This document shows positions 25,311 to 38,469 of a stretch of DNA of 64,000 nt, one piece after another. The position numbers and the translations under genes were made by a program. Source of the DNA: Chiloscyllium plagiosum (lineage: Eukaryota); contig NC_057749.1 of assembly GCF_004010195.1 (NCBI RefSeq), forward strand, positions 6,841,416 through 6,905,415, given 5' to 3'. Under the pieces are notes generated by a model. It was not told where the DNA came from and did not search any database. It saw only the letters and a list, made by a program, of their open reading frames with translations. Each line of letters begins with the position of its first letter. Within the stretch, counting starts at the first letter, position 1.

Positions 25311-26799
25311 TCCTTTCCATTGGACCCAGAACTATTCCAGGCAGATGCTACGTCTGTGTTTTCATTTCAGCTTGGCTGGGAATCTGGTGAGGCACTGATT
25401 TCCTCATGAAGTGCACACACACACATTGGATTTTTCATGACTTTAAGACATCCTCAAGCACCTTACAAGCAAGGTCGAGCTCCCATGGTGTTACCACTGC
25501 AAACAAAACATTCCCACAAAATGCATTCTGATCATAATAAGGTAATTGGTTTTCTGGCTGCTGATTGATGTGCAGGAGAACTCCCCTGCTCTTCATCAAA
25601 ATTGTACCCTCTCATTTTCATTATGCCCACCCAAGATGGCAGATGAGGCCTCCAGTTGATGTCTCAAGTAAGAGACTGTTTCTCTACCAGTGCTGCATGC
25701 CCTGAATACTACCCAGAAAGTAAAAACAAAGACTGCAGATGCTGGAAACCAGAGTCTAGATTAGAGTGGTGCTGGAAATGCACAGCAGATCAAAGGCCAG
25801 TCCAGTCAGAACTGCCCAGAAGGCCCAGTCCAGATTATATACTTGCATCTCTGGAATTGAGACTTGAACCACAAATTTGGAGCTTAAAGTTGCAAGTCTG
25901 ACTTCCCCTGTGGACCACAGTTACAGCTGAAAAAGAACAAATTGGCTACAGATGGACCAAATGGCTGCTCAGAAAGAGACACCATCCCAGCTCTTGATAT
26001 GAAATGTTTTACTCAACACGCATTTTAATTCCATTTTGTTCGTTTACCAATATTTACATAGATCGGGCTGTGGAAATGCCAGAAACAGTGAAATGTGTAT
26101 CTACAAAGTGTCTCTGTTAATAACTAACATAATTCTGGTAGACCACTGCTACGTTTCACAATGACAAATCTCGGTTGCCATGGCAAGCCACGATTACTAT
26201 AAAAGAACACCCACTTACACTGGCAGGGAAAAGAAATCGCTAAATTGCCATAAACACTCAACTAACTGGAGCCTTTCCCATAATTCCAGCTGACCTCAAG
26301 CCACTCATATCAAACAGCATCTCCACAAAATGGGACACTTTAAATCAAAGGAAAAAAAATTGTATTTTTCATGGGTGCTCGTAAGAACTGGCAGGAGAGA
26401 TGTGTGTATTCACTGACAATATGTTTTTCTTTTCTCCCCAGCACCGGGTCTTGGGACCCGCTGAAACGTTGGGATCTCTTTTTGAAACGGAAAGGCTTTG
26501 AGGTTAAATTCCTGGGATAAGGAGAAAATCATTTCAAAAATCTCTTTTCTGTTTTACAGACTCATTGTTTTGAGGCTAGTTTCCTAAATCATGTTGCAAA
26601 TTTCCCGTCTAGGTAGGTGGTTAGTTCTTTTTCCATGCAAAGTGTGCTTCACTGGCTAGGTCAGCATTTTTTGTCCATCCTTAATTGCCCTCAGATGGTA
26701 GTAGTGAAACACTGCAGTCCTTATGGTGTAGGTACACTCACAGGGTTATCAGGAAGGTTTTGACAGAATGCTAGTAAAGGGCGGGAAAACTCAAAGTCA

Positions 26800-27140
26800 G
26801 GATCATAGCATCCTTAGTGTGTGAAAGCAGGTCATTTAGCCCATTGAGTCCACACAGTCACTCCAAAGAGCATCCCACCCTGACCTACCTCATCCCTGTA
26901 ACCCTTCATTTCCCATGGTTAATCCACCCACCCTACAAATCCCTGGACACTATGGGCAATTTCGCATGGCCAATCCACATCTTTGGACTGTCGAAGGAAA
27001 CAGGAGAACCCAGAGGCAACCCATGTTGACTCAGGGAGAACATGCAAACTTCTTGCATGCTTCATCCAAGGGTGGAATCAAACCTGGGATTTTGGAGCTG
27101 TGAGGCAGCAGTGCTAACCACTGAGCAACTGTGCTACCCT
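26800..27140 (-). mobile_element. HE1-like V-SINE
   Basis: Head, core and tail. Confidence 0.85.
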
Positions 27141-27437
27141 TGGGGTGCAGCTTGGAGCGAAACCAGAGGGTGGCAGTGTTCTCAGGAGTTGGATGTTCCC
27201 ATGTTGTCCGTGTGAAGGCAGAGGTTGGGGTTTGAAGGACATTGCAGGAGGTTGAATGAGTTGTGCCGTGAACATACACCCTCCTGCGTCGGTGGTGATG
27301 GGAGTCAAAATCGAAGGTATGGATGGGGCACCAATCAAGCGGGCTGCTTTGTTTTGGTTCTGACAAAGGGTCACTGAATCCAAAACATCAACTCTCCTCT
27401 CCCTCCACAAATGCTACCAGACCTGCTGCGTTTTTTT

Positions 27438-27730
27438 TTAGATTACTCACAGTGTGGAAACAGGCCCATTTCAGCCCAACAAGTCCACACCGACCCACCG
27501 AAGCGCAACCCATCCAGACCCATTCCCCTAACACTACGGGCAATTTAGCACGGCCAATTCACCTAACTTGCACGTTTTTGGACTGTGGGAGGAAACCGGA
27601 GCACCCGGAGGAAACCCATGCAGACACGGGGAAAACGTGCAAACTCCACACAGTCAGTCGCCTGAGGCGAGGATTGAACCCGGGTCTCTGGCGCTGTGAG
27701 GCAGCAGTGCTAACCACTATGCCACTCTGC
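27438..27730 (-). mobile_element. Young HE1-like V-SINE nested in a PLE family B remnant (about 27355-27755)
   Basis: Near-consensus and CpG-rich. Confidence 0.92.
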
Positions 27731-28014
27731 CAGCATCTTCTGATTTTGTTTCTGATGGTGTCGAGTCTCTTGAGTATTGATGGATCTTCAGTCATCCAGC
27801 CAAGTGAAAAATATCACAGCATCTTGGATGCAAGAAAATGTTGCACTGATTGGCTTTAGACTACAGGGGAGAAATAAGCCATCTATTGTTCCTCACTCTC
27901 AATGGTAAAGCAGAAATGAAAACAAGAGGTGCAATAGAAGATGCAAAGGTTAGTAGGCACTTCACCAAGGTGTAATCAAACAAGAATGCATGCTGAGTCA
28001 AAAGCATTTCTTGT

Positions 28015-28660
28015 TTGCCAATGGATGTAGGCATCTCTGGCTGGGCCATAATTCGCTGTTGCCCTTGAGAAGGTGATGCTGAGCTGCCATCTTGAACTGC
28101 TACAGTCCAGGTGCTGTAGGTAGACCTACAATGCCATCAGAGAAGAAATTCTAGAATTTGGACCCAGTGACAGTGAAGGAACAGAGATATATTTCCAGAT
28201 CAGGATGGAAAGGAATTTGCAGGGAGTGGTGTTCCCCTGTATCTCCTGCCCTTGTCCATCCACAAGGAAGTGGTCATAGGTTTGGAAGGTGCTGTTGAAG
28301 GATCTGGAGTGAATTTCTGCAGTGCATCTTGTAGATAGTGCACACTATTGCTACTGAGGGTCGGTGGTGAAGGGAGTGAACGCTTTTGGATGGGGTGCCA
28401 ATCAAGCGGACTGCTTTGTTCTGGATGGTGTTAAGCTTCTTAAGTGTTGTTGGGGCTGCACCCATCCAGGCAAACAGGGAGTATTCCATCACACTCCTGA
28501 CTTACTGTTGTAGATGGTGGACAGGCTCTGGGGAATTAGGGGGTGAGTTACTTGCTGCAAAGTTCCTCGTCTCTGACCTATTCTTGTAGCTATTCTTATG
28601 TTGCTGATCCAGGTCAGATTGTGGTCAATAGTAACCCCAGAATGCTAATAGTGGGGATAT
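28015..28660 (-). mobile_element. CR1/L2-group LINE (family 2) 3' fragment
   Basis: ORF 28274-28492: MEYSLFAWMGAAPTTLKKLNTIQNKAVRLIG...SLHHRPSVAIVCTIYKMHC; further pieces at about 26640-27350 and 33070-33525. Confidence 0.8.
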
Positions 28661-28758
28661 TTAGCAAAAATGCTATGAAAGTGAGAGATTTTAAGGAATA
28701 CATTAAAGAAAGAGAGGGAAGCAGAGAGTGTTTGAGGGAGACTTGAAGAATATGAGTC

Positions 28759-29020
28759 TCAGCGATTAGCACTGCTGCCTAACAGCACCAGGGACCTGGG
28801 TTCGATTCCAGCCTTGGGCAACTGTCTGTGTGGAGTTTGCACATTCTCCCCATGTCCGCGTGGGTTTCCTCTGGGTGCTCCAGTTTCCTCCCACAATCCA
28901 AAGATGTGCAGGTTAGGTGAAATGGCCGTGTTAAATTGCCCATAGTGTTCAGGGATGTGTAGGTGAGGTCCATTAGTCATGGGTAGATATAGGGTCGGGG
29001 AATGGGTCTGGGTGTGTTCC
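28759..29020 (+). mobile_element. HE1-like V-SINE
   Basis: Head and core motifs. Confidence 0.88.
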
Positions 29021-29311
29021 TCTTTGGTTGCTGCGAAGGCCAGTGTTTGTTGCCTGTCCTTAATTGCCCTTAAACTGAGCAGCCTGCTTGTCCATTCCAG
29101 AGGTCAACCCCATCACTGTGGGTCTAGAGTCACATGTAGACCAGGCCAGGTAAGGACAGCAGGTTTCCTTCCCTAAGGGACTTTGGGATCCAGCTGGGTT
29201 TTTTAAACTGCAGTTGACAGAAGCCTCACGGCTGGTATTACTAAGTCAAACTTTCCATTCCAGATTTTATTAATTAGATTTAAATTAAATTAATTGGCGT
29301 GTGTATATTTT

Positions 29312-29603
29312 TAGATTAGACTCCCTTTGGCCTAACAAGTCCACACCGACCCTCTGAAGAGTAACCCACCCAGACCCACTTCCGTCTAACTAATGCACCT
29401 AACACTATGGGCAATTTAGCATGGCCAATCCACCTGACCTGCACATCTTTGGACTGTGGGAGGGAACCGGAGCACCCGGAGAAAACTCACACAGACACGG
29501 GGAGAATGCGCAAACTCCAACAGACGGTCACCCAAGGCAGGAATTGAACCCGGGTCCTTGGTGCTGTTGGGCAGCAGTGCTAACCACTGAGCAACTGTGC
29601 CAC
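29312..29603 (-). mobile_element. HE1-like V-SINE
   Basis: Head, core and tail. Confidence 0.88.
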
Positions 29604-29606
29604 TCC

Positions 29607-29756
29607 TATGTGTCTATGTGTGTGTCTGTGTCTGCATGTGTGTGTTTGCATGTCTGTGTGTGTGTGTTTGCGTGTCTGTGTGTGTGTATTTGCATGTCTG
29701 TGTGTTTGCATGTATGTGTGTGTTTTTCTCTATCTCTCTCTCTCTCTCTCTCTCTC
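29607..29756. repeat. Compound (TG)n / (TC)n microsatellite
   Basis: Directly visible. Confidence 0.95.
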
Positions 29757-31041
29757 AGTGGGGGTGGTGGTGGGGATAGCATTTGAACCCATGTCCAATG
29801 ACCTTGATTGGATTACCAACTCAGTGACATTTGCACTGTACCCCATGGATCCCAAGTTCAAGCTCAATCCATAAAGTGCATCTAAAGTGAATGGCTCCTG
29901 GGGAATAGGAGGAGAATAATTAGCTGCTTATTTTTGCCCTGCACAGTCTGATGTACCTTTCTCTGTGCTGTTGACCTATTATGACTCGATGGATCCTGAT
30001 TTCGAACTGATGATTCACAGCTCCTGCGCTCCTCTGCACAAAAGCGACCCTCTGCCTTGCTCTGTATTCCCGTTGCCCATCGTCAACTCATCTCAGTGAT
30101 TTCAGTTTTGAAGTTATTTTTCTAATAAAAAGAAGCAAGCTGAGATAAAGTTAAACGCCAGGGTCTGTGCATCGGTTCGGAGTCTGATACCAAGTGACAT
30201 GACAGTCTTCGCTTGAACTATATGCTTCCACAAACTTACACTAATCAAATCTGACGGGACAGCAACTGAAACTCTGACCAAAGGAGATTGCTTTCAACTC
30301 CCACGTCTGCATTTTTCTCCCCTCGCAGAGCACTGTGCTGGAGAAGATTATTTTCCTTGTAGCATTTTCTCATTATTTACATTTGGCTAGCTAGTGATGT
30401 GTATCAGGGGTACACAGAGTACCTACCATTACTTGGCATTGGAGAAGGTGCCAGATCTGTGCGAGTTTTTCCAGCAGTTTCTGTTTTCATTTCAGACTTC
30501 CCAAATACGAATCATCAAGGGAATTAAGGGATAGAACGAAGTGGGAAATGAACTGGAGGAGATCGGCCTCCTGTTGCACACTACATGCTTCCCATTTAAT
30601 AATTTTCCCTCTTATTAGCCTTATTGCTCTCCCTGGGATTTAAATACTGGGGTAGGAGTGGTGGGACTCGTGGCAAGTCGTGATGCTCAAATAATGATGA
30701 GTCAGAAAAAACAGCTAGTTTTTGCTTGCTGTTTCATTTCTCTCCATGTGTGAACCAATGACTCATTTGCCCAGCCCTGTAGAATATAGAAACCAGGACC
30801 AGGATTAAGCCATTCAGCTCATAGAGTCTACTCCACGAATCAACACCATCACGACCGGTCATCCAACTCTGTTGCCACTTTCGCCTCAGGTCCTTCGATC
30901 CCTTTAGTCCTAAAAAAACCTAACCCTTTCTTGAAAACATTCACTCTTCTTGCCTCAACTATTTTCTTTGGCAGAGAATTCCACAGGCTCACCACTCCCC
31001 GGGTGAAGACATTTCTTTTGATGTTAGTCCTAAACAATTAA

Positions 31042-31362
31042 CCCCAGGGTGGTAGCATTGCTGGATAGTTAGAGACCCAGAAATGATCCAGCAACCTAGG
31101 TTTGAATCTCGGTAATGGCAGAGGGTGCAATTTGAATTCAGTCAAAGGAAACAAAATCTGGAATTCAGAATCTAATGATGGCCATGAATCGATTGTCAGG
31201 AAAAACCCATCTGGTTCACCAATGTCCTTTAGGGAAGGAAACTGCCATTCTTGCCTGATCTGGCTTACATGTGACTCCAGACCCACAGCAATGTGGTTGA
31301 CTCTTAACTGCCCTCCGGGCAATTAGGATTGGCTTTCCCTCATCCCATCAATGAATTTTTCA
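31042..31362 (+). mobile_element. Second tRNA-derived SINE family, whose tail resembles the family 2 LINE tail
   Basis: B-box-like GGTTTGAATC; body shared with about 18915-19070, 29035-29290 (-) and 36985-37200. Confidence 0.65.
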
Positions 31363-31516
31363 AAACTCCTTTGACTGTGACACCCAGGTTCTGAACTCCC
31401 TGGTCATGAGGTACCCTGTCAGAATTTGATTGGTTTATGTGAGATTCCCTGCTCATTCTTTTAAAGTCCAGTGAATACAGTCCTAACTGATCCAGGTTCT
31501 CTTTATACCTCAGGTA

Positions 31517-31716
31517 GGAGAAAGTGAGAACTGCAGATGCTGGAGATCAGAGTCAAAATGTGTGGTGCTGGAAAAGCACAGCAGGTCAAGCAGCATCTGA
31601 GGAGCAGGAGAATCAATGTTTCAAGCATAAGCTGTTCATCATCATTCCTGATAAAGACCTTCTGCTCCTCGGATGCTGTCTGACTGGTGAGATTTCCAGC
31701 ACCATACTTTTTGACT
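31517..31716. mobile_element. PLE family A hairpin
   Basis: Inverted family A arms. Confidence 0.75.
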
Positions 31717-32129
31717 GTCCTCATACGTCAATCCAGCCATCCCAGGAATCAGTCTGGTAAACCTTCTGTGTAGTCCCTCCAGAGCCAGGTCAACCTTCCT
31801 CAGATAAGCAGACAAAAACTGCACACAGTACTCCTGATGGGGTCTCACCAAGTCCCTGTCCAACTGCAATAGGACATCCCTGCTCTTGTACTCGAATCCT
31901 CTCACTATGAAGGCCAACATACCATTTGCCTTCGTCATCGCCTGCTGCCCATGGAGTCATAGAGCTATATACCATGGAAACACACCCTTTGGACCAATTC
32001 GTCCATGCTGACCAGATATCCTAAATTAATCTAGTATCATATGTCAGCATTTGGCCCATATCCCTCTAAACCCTTCTTATTGATGTACCATTCCGGAAGA
32101 CTATACCAGACTCCAACACTTTCCCCTCT

Positions 32130-32325
32130 GCCAATCTGGACCCCATTTACCAACTGCTTAGATAAAGAATCGGAAATGATATCACCCATCTTAAGAGACA
32201 AAGACACATACATAGAAAGCGCGACAGAAGACCAGCACTACACTGGAGGCTCACTGACGACGCTATCTGGCTTGATGACAAAATGTCTGAAAACAAACCT
32301 AACAGCTCAGCGAGCAAATTTACTA
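32130..32325 (+). mobile_element. PLE family E 3' remnant
   Basis: NLDPIYQLLR*RIGND is homologous to the peptide at 16821-16943; degenerate hammerhead at about 32254-32288. Confidence 0.65.
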
Positions 32326-32814
32326 CCAGTACATACTATCTGGTGCACTGCAGAAATCGACCAACATGCTCAGATAGTACCTTCCAACCCATGACCATTG
32401 AAAGGACAAGGCAGCAGATGCGTAAGAACACTACCACCTGCAAGATCCCCCCCCACCACTATGCATCAAAATTGCATGTTGCATTTTCTATTACTGTGAT
32501 GGAATTTGGGAGGAACATGTTCTGAATTAGTAAGTGGCCTTGACTATGTCAGAGTGCGTGCATTGAACTGACCTTTTATTCTGAGGCAGTTTGGTACAGT
32601 AGAACCAAACTGATCCAAACCAGTGTGCTTATCAAAATATAATTCGCATTTTCGAGGTGGGTAGCTCTGTACTTGGGAAACAGCTGGCACCTTCATCGAA
32701 ACAGGAAAGTGAACGCCAATTTCTCACGTCAAAATGCTCTTTGTTAAGCTAAGTTTAATTTTCATGAAAATGTGCTAATTTTATCATAATGGCAATTGTT
32801 TTACTTGTTGGAAG

Positions 32815-33060
32815 GAGACGGAGAAGCTTTTGGCAAAGCTTTTTTGTCATTCATCAGGACAAATGCAAGAATGCCAAATTTCAAAGAACCGCAGCAGTTT
32901 GTACTGCAGCAGGACAAGGTGTTGATGCATTGGCAAGTCAGCTCTGGTTGTCGAGATGTTGTCAGGAGACTACACTTCCCTGTTGCTTTTGCCATGGCAA
33001 TGCCTCAGACAGTCAGAGTTGACACCAACCATCTGCCTTCCTGAGCCACTGCGTTCCATT
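32815..33060 (-). mobile_element. Putative PLE family F remnant
   Basis: Shares sequence with about 39862-40240 and 40735-40860; CTGATGA core. Confidence 0.45.
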
Positions 33061-33101
33061 TACTAACAACAGATCCACTGTACTGTTAGGGAGGGAATTC
33101 C

Positions 33102-33235
33102 AGGAGAAAGTGAGGACTGCAGAGACTGGAGATCAGAGTCGAGGAGTGTTGTACTGGAAAAGCACAGCAGGTCAGGCAATTTCCGAGGAGCAGGAGAATC
33201 GACATTTCGGGCATAATCCCTTCATCAGGAATGAG
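33102..33235 (-). mobile_element. PLE family A monomer
   Basis: Family A terminus; near-intact hammerhead at 33201-33228. Confidence 0.82.
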
Positions 33236-33734
33236 GTATTCCAAGATTCTGACACAATAATCCTGAAGGAACAGTAGTACATTTCTAATGCTGGATGGTG
33301 AGGAGCTTGGAGGGGAATTTGCAGGGGGTGGTGTTCCCACGAATCTGCTGCCCTTGGACCTTTAGATGGAAGTAGTCATGGGTTTGCAGAATGCTGTTTG
33401 AGGATCTTTGATGAATTTCTGCAGTGCTTCTTGTAGATAACTGCTACTGAGCATTGGTGGTAGAGGGAGAGGCTGTTTTTGGATGTGGTATCGATAAAGC
33501 AGGCTGTTTTGTCCTGGGCAAAGGTAGTATTCGTTTCTGATCCTTGTTTCCTTGAAGGCATTAACCATTCAACAGCAGCCTTCAAATATGAAATACATAC
33601 TCAAACGGAAACACAACATTGAGTTGTGGGGAAGGAGCAGTGAATGGGATCATACAGATAGCTGGAAACCGCCAGCAGAAGTAAAAGGGACCAAATAGAC
33701 TCTGTTACAGGAAGGATAGTATTAAGCCAGTGAG

Positions 33735-34195
33735 GGTGCTGAAACAATTTACCAGGATGTTTCCAGGACTGGAGACTTCGAGTTACAGGGAGAGGCTGGA
33801 TAGTCTGGGATTTTTCTCAATGGAGCATAGGAGGTTGAGGGGGTGACATTATAGAGATTTATAAAATCATGAAAGGCATAGATGAGGTGAAAGGCAGGTG
33901 TCTTTTCCCTCATGCTAAAGGTTTCAAGACATGGGGCATATTTTTAAGGTGAGAGGAGAAAGATTTTAAAAAGACACGAGGGGCAACTTTTTCACACAGA
34001 GTGCAATTCATGCGTGGAGCAAACTTCCCGCAAATAGTGGATGTGGGTACAGTTACAGCGTTTGAATAAGTCCACGAATAGGATATGTTGGGGGGATATG
34101 GGCCAGGTGGGACGACTTTAATTCGGGATTACGGTCAACATGGACTGGTTGGACCGAAAGGTCTGTTTCCATTCTGTATGACTCTCTGATTCTGT
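33735..34195 (+). mobile_element. CR1/HER1 LINE 3' fragment
   Basis: Homologous to 15050-15795, including the tail. Confidence 0.85.
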
Positions 34196-34831
34196 GACTG
34201 TAAATGTCCTAAATGTGTGCAGTATTCTTCTATGATTCTATGAACAATAATCATTCAGAAATACTCCTAGACTGACAAGGAATCATAGGCCTCATAAGTC
34301 TTACGGGAAATCAGAAAGTGTCTATGCGTCTTTGGACAAGGGGAATGAGATAGTTTGTACCTAAAGCAGAAAAACATTGACTGCAGATTTCAGTTCCACC
34401 TAGCCAACAAGAAATCAAATCCTGTAGATATTTACTGAGACATTTCTAATCACTAGCGCTATCGCCAGCAGAGAGGCCATTAGTCATAGAGAACTTATCA
34501 CCAGAAATCACAATGATCATGTACACTTTTCCTCTTCTCCCTCCTCAGGCTACTCAAATATCATTTACAAAATGCCAGTTTAGTGAGATCAGGTATGAGC
34601 TCACAGTCATCTTACTTTCGCAAAAGCAAGGAATCAGCCACACTACTATACTGGAGCAACAAGATCTCATGCCTATTGTCTGCAGGTCACCATAGAACTG
34701 CGCTCATCTGCCATCTCAGACATTGAGGCAGGCATCAGGATTGCAAACAAAAACAGATGTTGTTGGAGAAACTCAGCAGATCTGTGGGGAGAAACCAAAG
34801 TTAACCAACGACCCTTCTTCAGAACAACTCC

Positions 34832-35187
34832 CATAGATTTCATAGAATCCCTACAGTGTGGGGGCAAACTGTTTGGCCCATTGAGTCCACACCAATTCTC
34901 TGAAGAGCATCTCAGGGAGGTCCACTCCATCCCTGTAACCCTACATTTCCCATGGCTAATCCATCTGCCCTGCAAAGCCCTGGACACGACAGAATAATTT
35001 AGCATGGCCAATTCACCCTAATCTGCACATCTTTGGACAGTGGGAGGAAACTGGAGCATCTGGAGGAAACCCACACAGACACAGGGAGAATGTACAAACT
35101 CCACACAGAGAGTCGCCCAAGGCTGGAATCAAACCCAGGTCCCTGGTGCTGTGAGGCAGCAGTGCTAACCACTGAGCTACCGTGCCA
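34832..35187 (-). mobile_element. HE1-like V-SINE nested in a PLE family B remnant
   Basis: Head, core and tail. Confidence 0.88.
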
Positions 35188-35788
35188 CACCTCCAGCAAG
35201 TTCTGACTTTGTTTCAGATCTTCAGCTTCAGCAATTCTTTTGTTTTATATCAGGATTGTAAAACACATTAAAGTACATATAGCTCCTTCGTGCCAGGAAT
35301 CATCAGCTTCTGAATCCACGCATGTTCCATTTTATTGGAATTTGGCTCAGATTTGAACTGATAGGATTTCGGAGATCTCCCTCCCATCTCTGACTCCCTT
35401 CCCACAGGAGTATCATCTTGTAGGTGCTGCCTGATACTCTGATGTCTAATGTAATTTGTCAAAGATATGCAGCTGCTAACAAAGACAGCACTGGAAAACA
35501 TGTTATGTGCTACTCAATTAAATCAGAATGCAAAACAGGCAAAACAAATCCTTCCTTATAATTTTTAACCCCGTCTCTCCACTCCCAATGACTTGATAGT
35601 TTTATAATTGAAGGACGTATACTTTTTAAGCATTGAATACATTAAGGTCTGCATTTCAGCAGAATTATCCATAATTATTGCTATTCCATGCGATAATACT
35701 CTGATATATCACATCCTCTGATTCATCTTTTGTGGTTTCTGCAATGATAAAGCAACTTTAAAATTTCTTTTCTCTCTTTGGCATACTG

Positions 35789-35958
35789 GGAGAAAGTGAG
35801 GACTGCAGATGCTGGAGATCAGAGTCGATAGTGCAGTGCTGGAAAATCACAGCAGGTTAGGCAGCATTCCTGATGAAGGGCTTATGCCTGAAATGTCAAT
35901 TCTCCTGCTCCTCAGATGCTGCTGGACCGGCTGTGCTTTTCCAGTGGCACACTCTTGA
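35789..35958. mobile_element. PLE family A hairpin
   Basis: TSD CTCTCTTTGGCATAC (35772-35786) / CTCTCTTTGGCGTGC (35959-35973); hammerhead at 35870-35897. Confidence 0.85.
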
Positions 35959-36109
35959 CTCTCTTTGGCGTGCCCCTTGTCTTGATCTTACAGGCATTTC
36001 CGTGATGAGGGTCCACATGACTATGCTCTAGTCATTTTTCTCACTATTTATTCAAGGGGCAGGCATTTTTGACTCCAGGAGTTTCCAATGTTCCATTGAT
36101 ATTGCATTG

Positions 36110-36360
36110 GTTAGGGCCAGACCAGTGAGGAGAGATGTTAGGAAGCACTTCTACACACAACGGGTGGTAGATATTTGGAACACTCCTCCACAAACTACAG
36201 TTATGAACTTTAAAAACTGAGATCGGTAAATTTTTGTTATGCAAAGATATTAAAGGATATGGGCCCAAGGCAGGTATATGGAGATGGGCCTCAGATTAGC
36301 CATGATCGCATTGGATTGTGGAACAGGCTGGAGGGGCTGAATGGCCGTCTATGTTCTTAC
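36110..36360 (+). mobile_element. CR1 LINE 3' tail
   Basis: FYTQRVVDIWNT-like motif followed by the tail. Confidence 0.7.
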
Positions 36361-36571
36361 ACTTGGAATGCACAGATGTATTTTGGCTGAATTGACCTTT
36401 GTTGGTTCTTACTTTCTAAATCAGTCCTTTGTGGCCTTCTCTAGCAACACTTGCTTCTATTTCTTTCTTCCATTCATGCACTTATCGAGGTTTCCCTGAA
36501 ACATATCTGTGCTATTCACATCCAACATTCCTTGCCCTCGTGACCCATGGCATTCTAGCCATTCTCTTGCT

Positions 36572-36786
36572 GTCAAGATTAGAGTGGTGCTGGAAAAGCA
36601 CAGCAGGTCTGGCAGCATCCGAGGAGCAGGAAAATCGATGTTTCAGGCAAAAGCCTTTCCCGATGAAGGGCTTTTGCCCGAAATGTCAACTCTCCTGCTC
36701 CTTGGATGCTGCCTGACCTGCTGTGCTTTTCCAGCACCACTCTAATCTTGACTCTAATCTCCAGCATCTGCAGTACCCACTTCTGC
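36572..36786. mobile_element. PLE family A hairpin
   Basis: Near-perfect inverted arms; 13-bp TSD CCATTCTCTTGCT at 36559-36571 and 36787-36799. Confidence 0.9.
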
Positions 36787-37202
36787 CCATTCTCTTGCTA
36801 TGGCAGTCTCTCCTGATTTCCTGACTGAATTTATAAGAGACTTCATTACACTCATGACCCTTTGTTTTGGACTCGTCCACAAGTAAAAGAGAAACCAGTG
36901 TGAATGCTCAAATGTGTGACAGAACCAAAGAATAGAAGAGAAGGCAAGTTAAATCAAGATGCCATGATGAGAAATGACAGAATGATAGCCCAGTGGTGTT
37001 ATCGCTGGACTATTAATTCAGAGACCCCGAGTTCGAATCCACAGACCTCATGCAGTCTTACAGGGAATCAGACAGAATTTGAATCTGATATGAAACCTAG
37101 AATTAAGAGTCTAATGATAATAATGAAGTTGATTGTTATAAAACTGTCTTTACCTGGTCTGGCCAACTTGTGACTCCAGACCTACAGTAATGTGGCTGCC
37201 TC

Positions 37203-37546
37203 AGGAAAGCGACCAAAATAATCAAAGACCCCTCCCACCCCGGTTATACCCTCTTCCATCGGGGTAAAAATATAAGTTTGAAAACATGCGCCAACAGATC
37301 CAAGAACAGCTTTTTTCTCCGTTGTTATCAGACTTATGAACGGACCTCTCAAATGTTAATGTTGATCTCTTTCACTGCACCTTCTCTGCGGTTGTAACAC
37401 TGTATTCTGCACTTTGTATGGTACGAACTGCCTGTATGGTATGCAAGACAACACTTTTCACTGTATCTTGATACATGTGACAACAATAAGTCAATCAATT
37501 CAATCGAATACATGTGACAACAATAAGTCAATCAATTCAATCGAAT
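37203..37546 (+). mobile_element. Rex1/Babar-like LINE 3' end
   Basis: KIIKDPSHPGY motif; tail with an exact 37-bp duplication. Confidence 0.7.
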
Positions 37547-37863
37547 GGTGGCACGGTGGCACAGTGGTTAGCACTGCTGCCTCACAGCGCAAGAGACCCG
37601 GGTTCAATTCCCGACTCAGGCGACTGACTGTGTGGAGTTTGCACATTCTCCCCGTGTCTGCGTGGGTTTCCTCCGGGTGCTCCGGTTTCCTCCCACAGTC
37701 CAAAGATGTGCAGGTCAGGTGAATTGGCCATGCTAAATTGCCTGTAGTGTTAGGTAAAGGGGTAAATGTATGGGAATGGGTGGGTTACGCTTCGGCGGGT
37801 CGGTGTGGACTTGTTGGGCCGAAGGGCCTGTTTCCACACTGTAAGTAATCTAATCTAATCTAA
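37547..37863 (+). mobile_element. Young full-length HE1-like V-SINE
   Basis: A box TGGCACAGTGG, B box GGTTCAATTCC, CpGs retained, (TCTAA)n tail. Confidence 0.95.
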
Positions 37864-38469
37864 CATCAGTATACCTTTAAGAATCTCGAGGCAATTAGGG
37901 ATGAGCAATAATGCTGTCCGAGCTAATGATACGCACATTCTGTGAATGAGTTACCTGATCCCCTCATTTTGGTGCAGAGGGAGAATGTGGCTTTTAATTG
38001 ACAGCTTACTGGCTTCAATTGGCCTGCAAGCGGCCAGGCTGACACCTTACCAATGCTTTATAGGTCCTTCTGGCTCTGCGGTAGTGATCGTGCCTCTGAT
38101 GCATGAGGGCTGGGTTCAAGTCCCATTCACTCCAGAGATGGGAAATGACAGGTTAATCAGAAACTAAGAGATACTTTGAATTCTAATTGACCCAATAAGG
38201 GAGAGGAAGCACATGGTGACTACTGATACTCTCAATGCCCTTGGAGAGCACAGGTAGAGTGCTTTATGTCTCCTTCAGGCTATATTTTGCTTTAAACCTT
38301 CTTCACCCTCTCCCCGCCTCTTCCTCACATTTGATAGTTTGCATTATCCTTTCTGGGCTTTAACATAAATTAATCATTTGGAAAATGCAGGTGATTTACT
38401 GGTGTGCTTAATAGATGAGAAGGAATACCATTGCTGATTTAATGATGGGAGACACAAGCATTCAATTGT

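Larger units (their letters stand above)
30780..31950 (-). mobile_element. CR1/HER1 LINE 3' fragment with a nested SINE and PLE
   Basis: KANGMLAFIVRGFEYKSRDVLLQL...LVRPHQEYCVQF and RNVFTRGVVSLWNSLP motifs. Confidence 0.88.

Noticed and set aside
30308..30395. Splice acceptor-like TTTTTCTCCCCTCGCAG with a coding exon
   Set aside because: No recognisable peptide and no convincing donor site
37547..37625. tRNA gene
   Set aside because: It is the tRNA-derived head of a SINE, continuous with the V core and CR1-like tail
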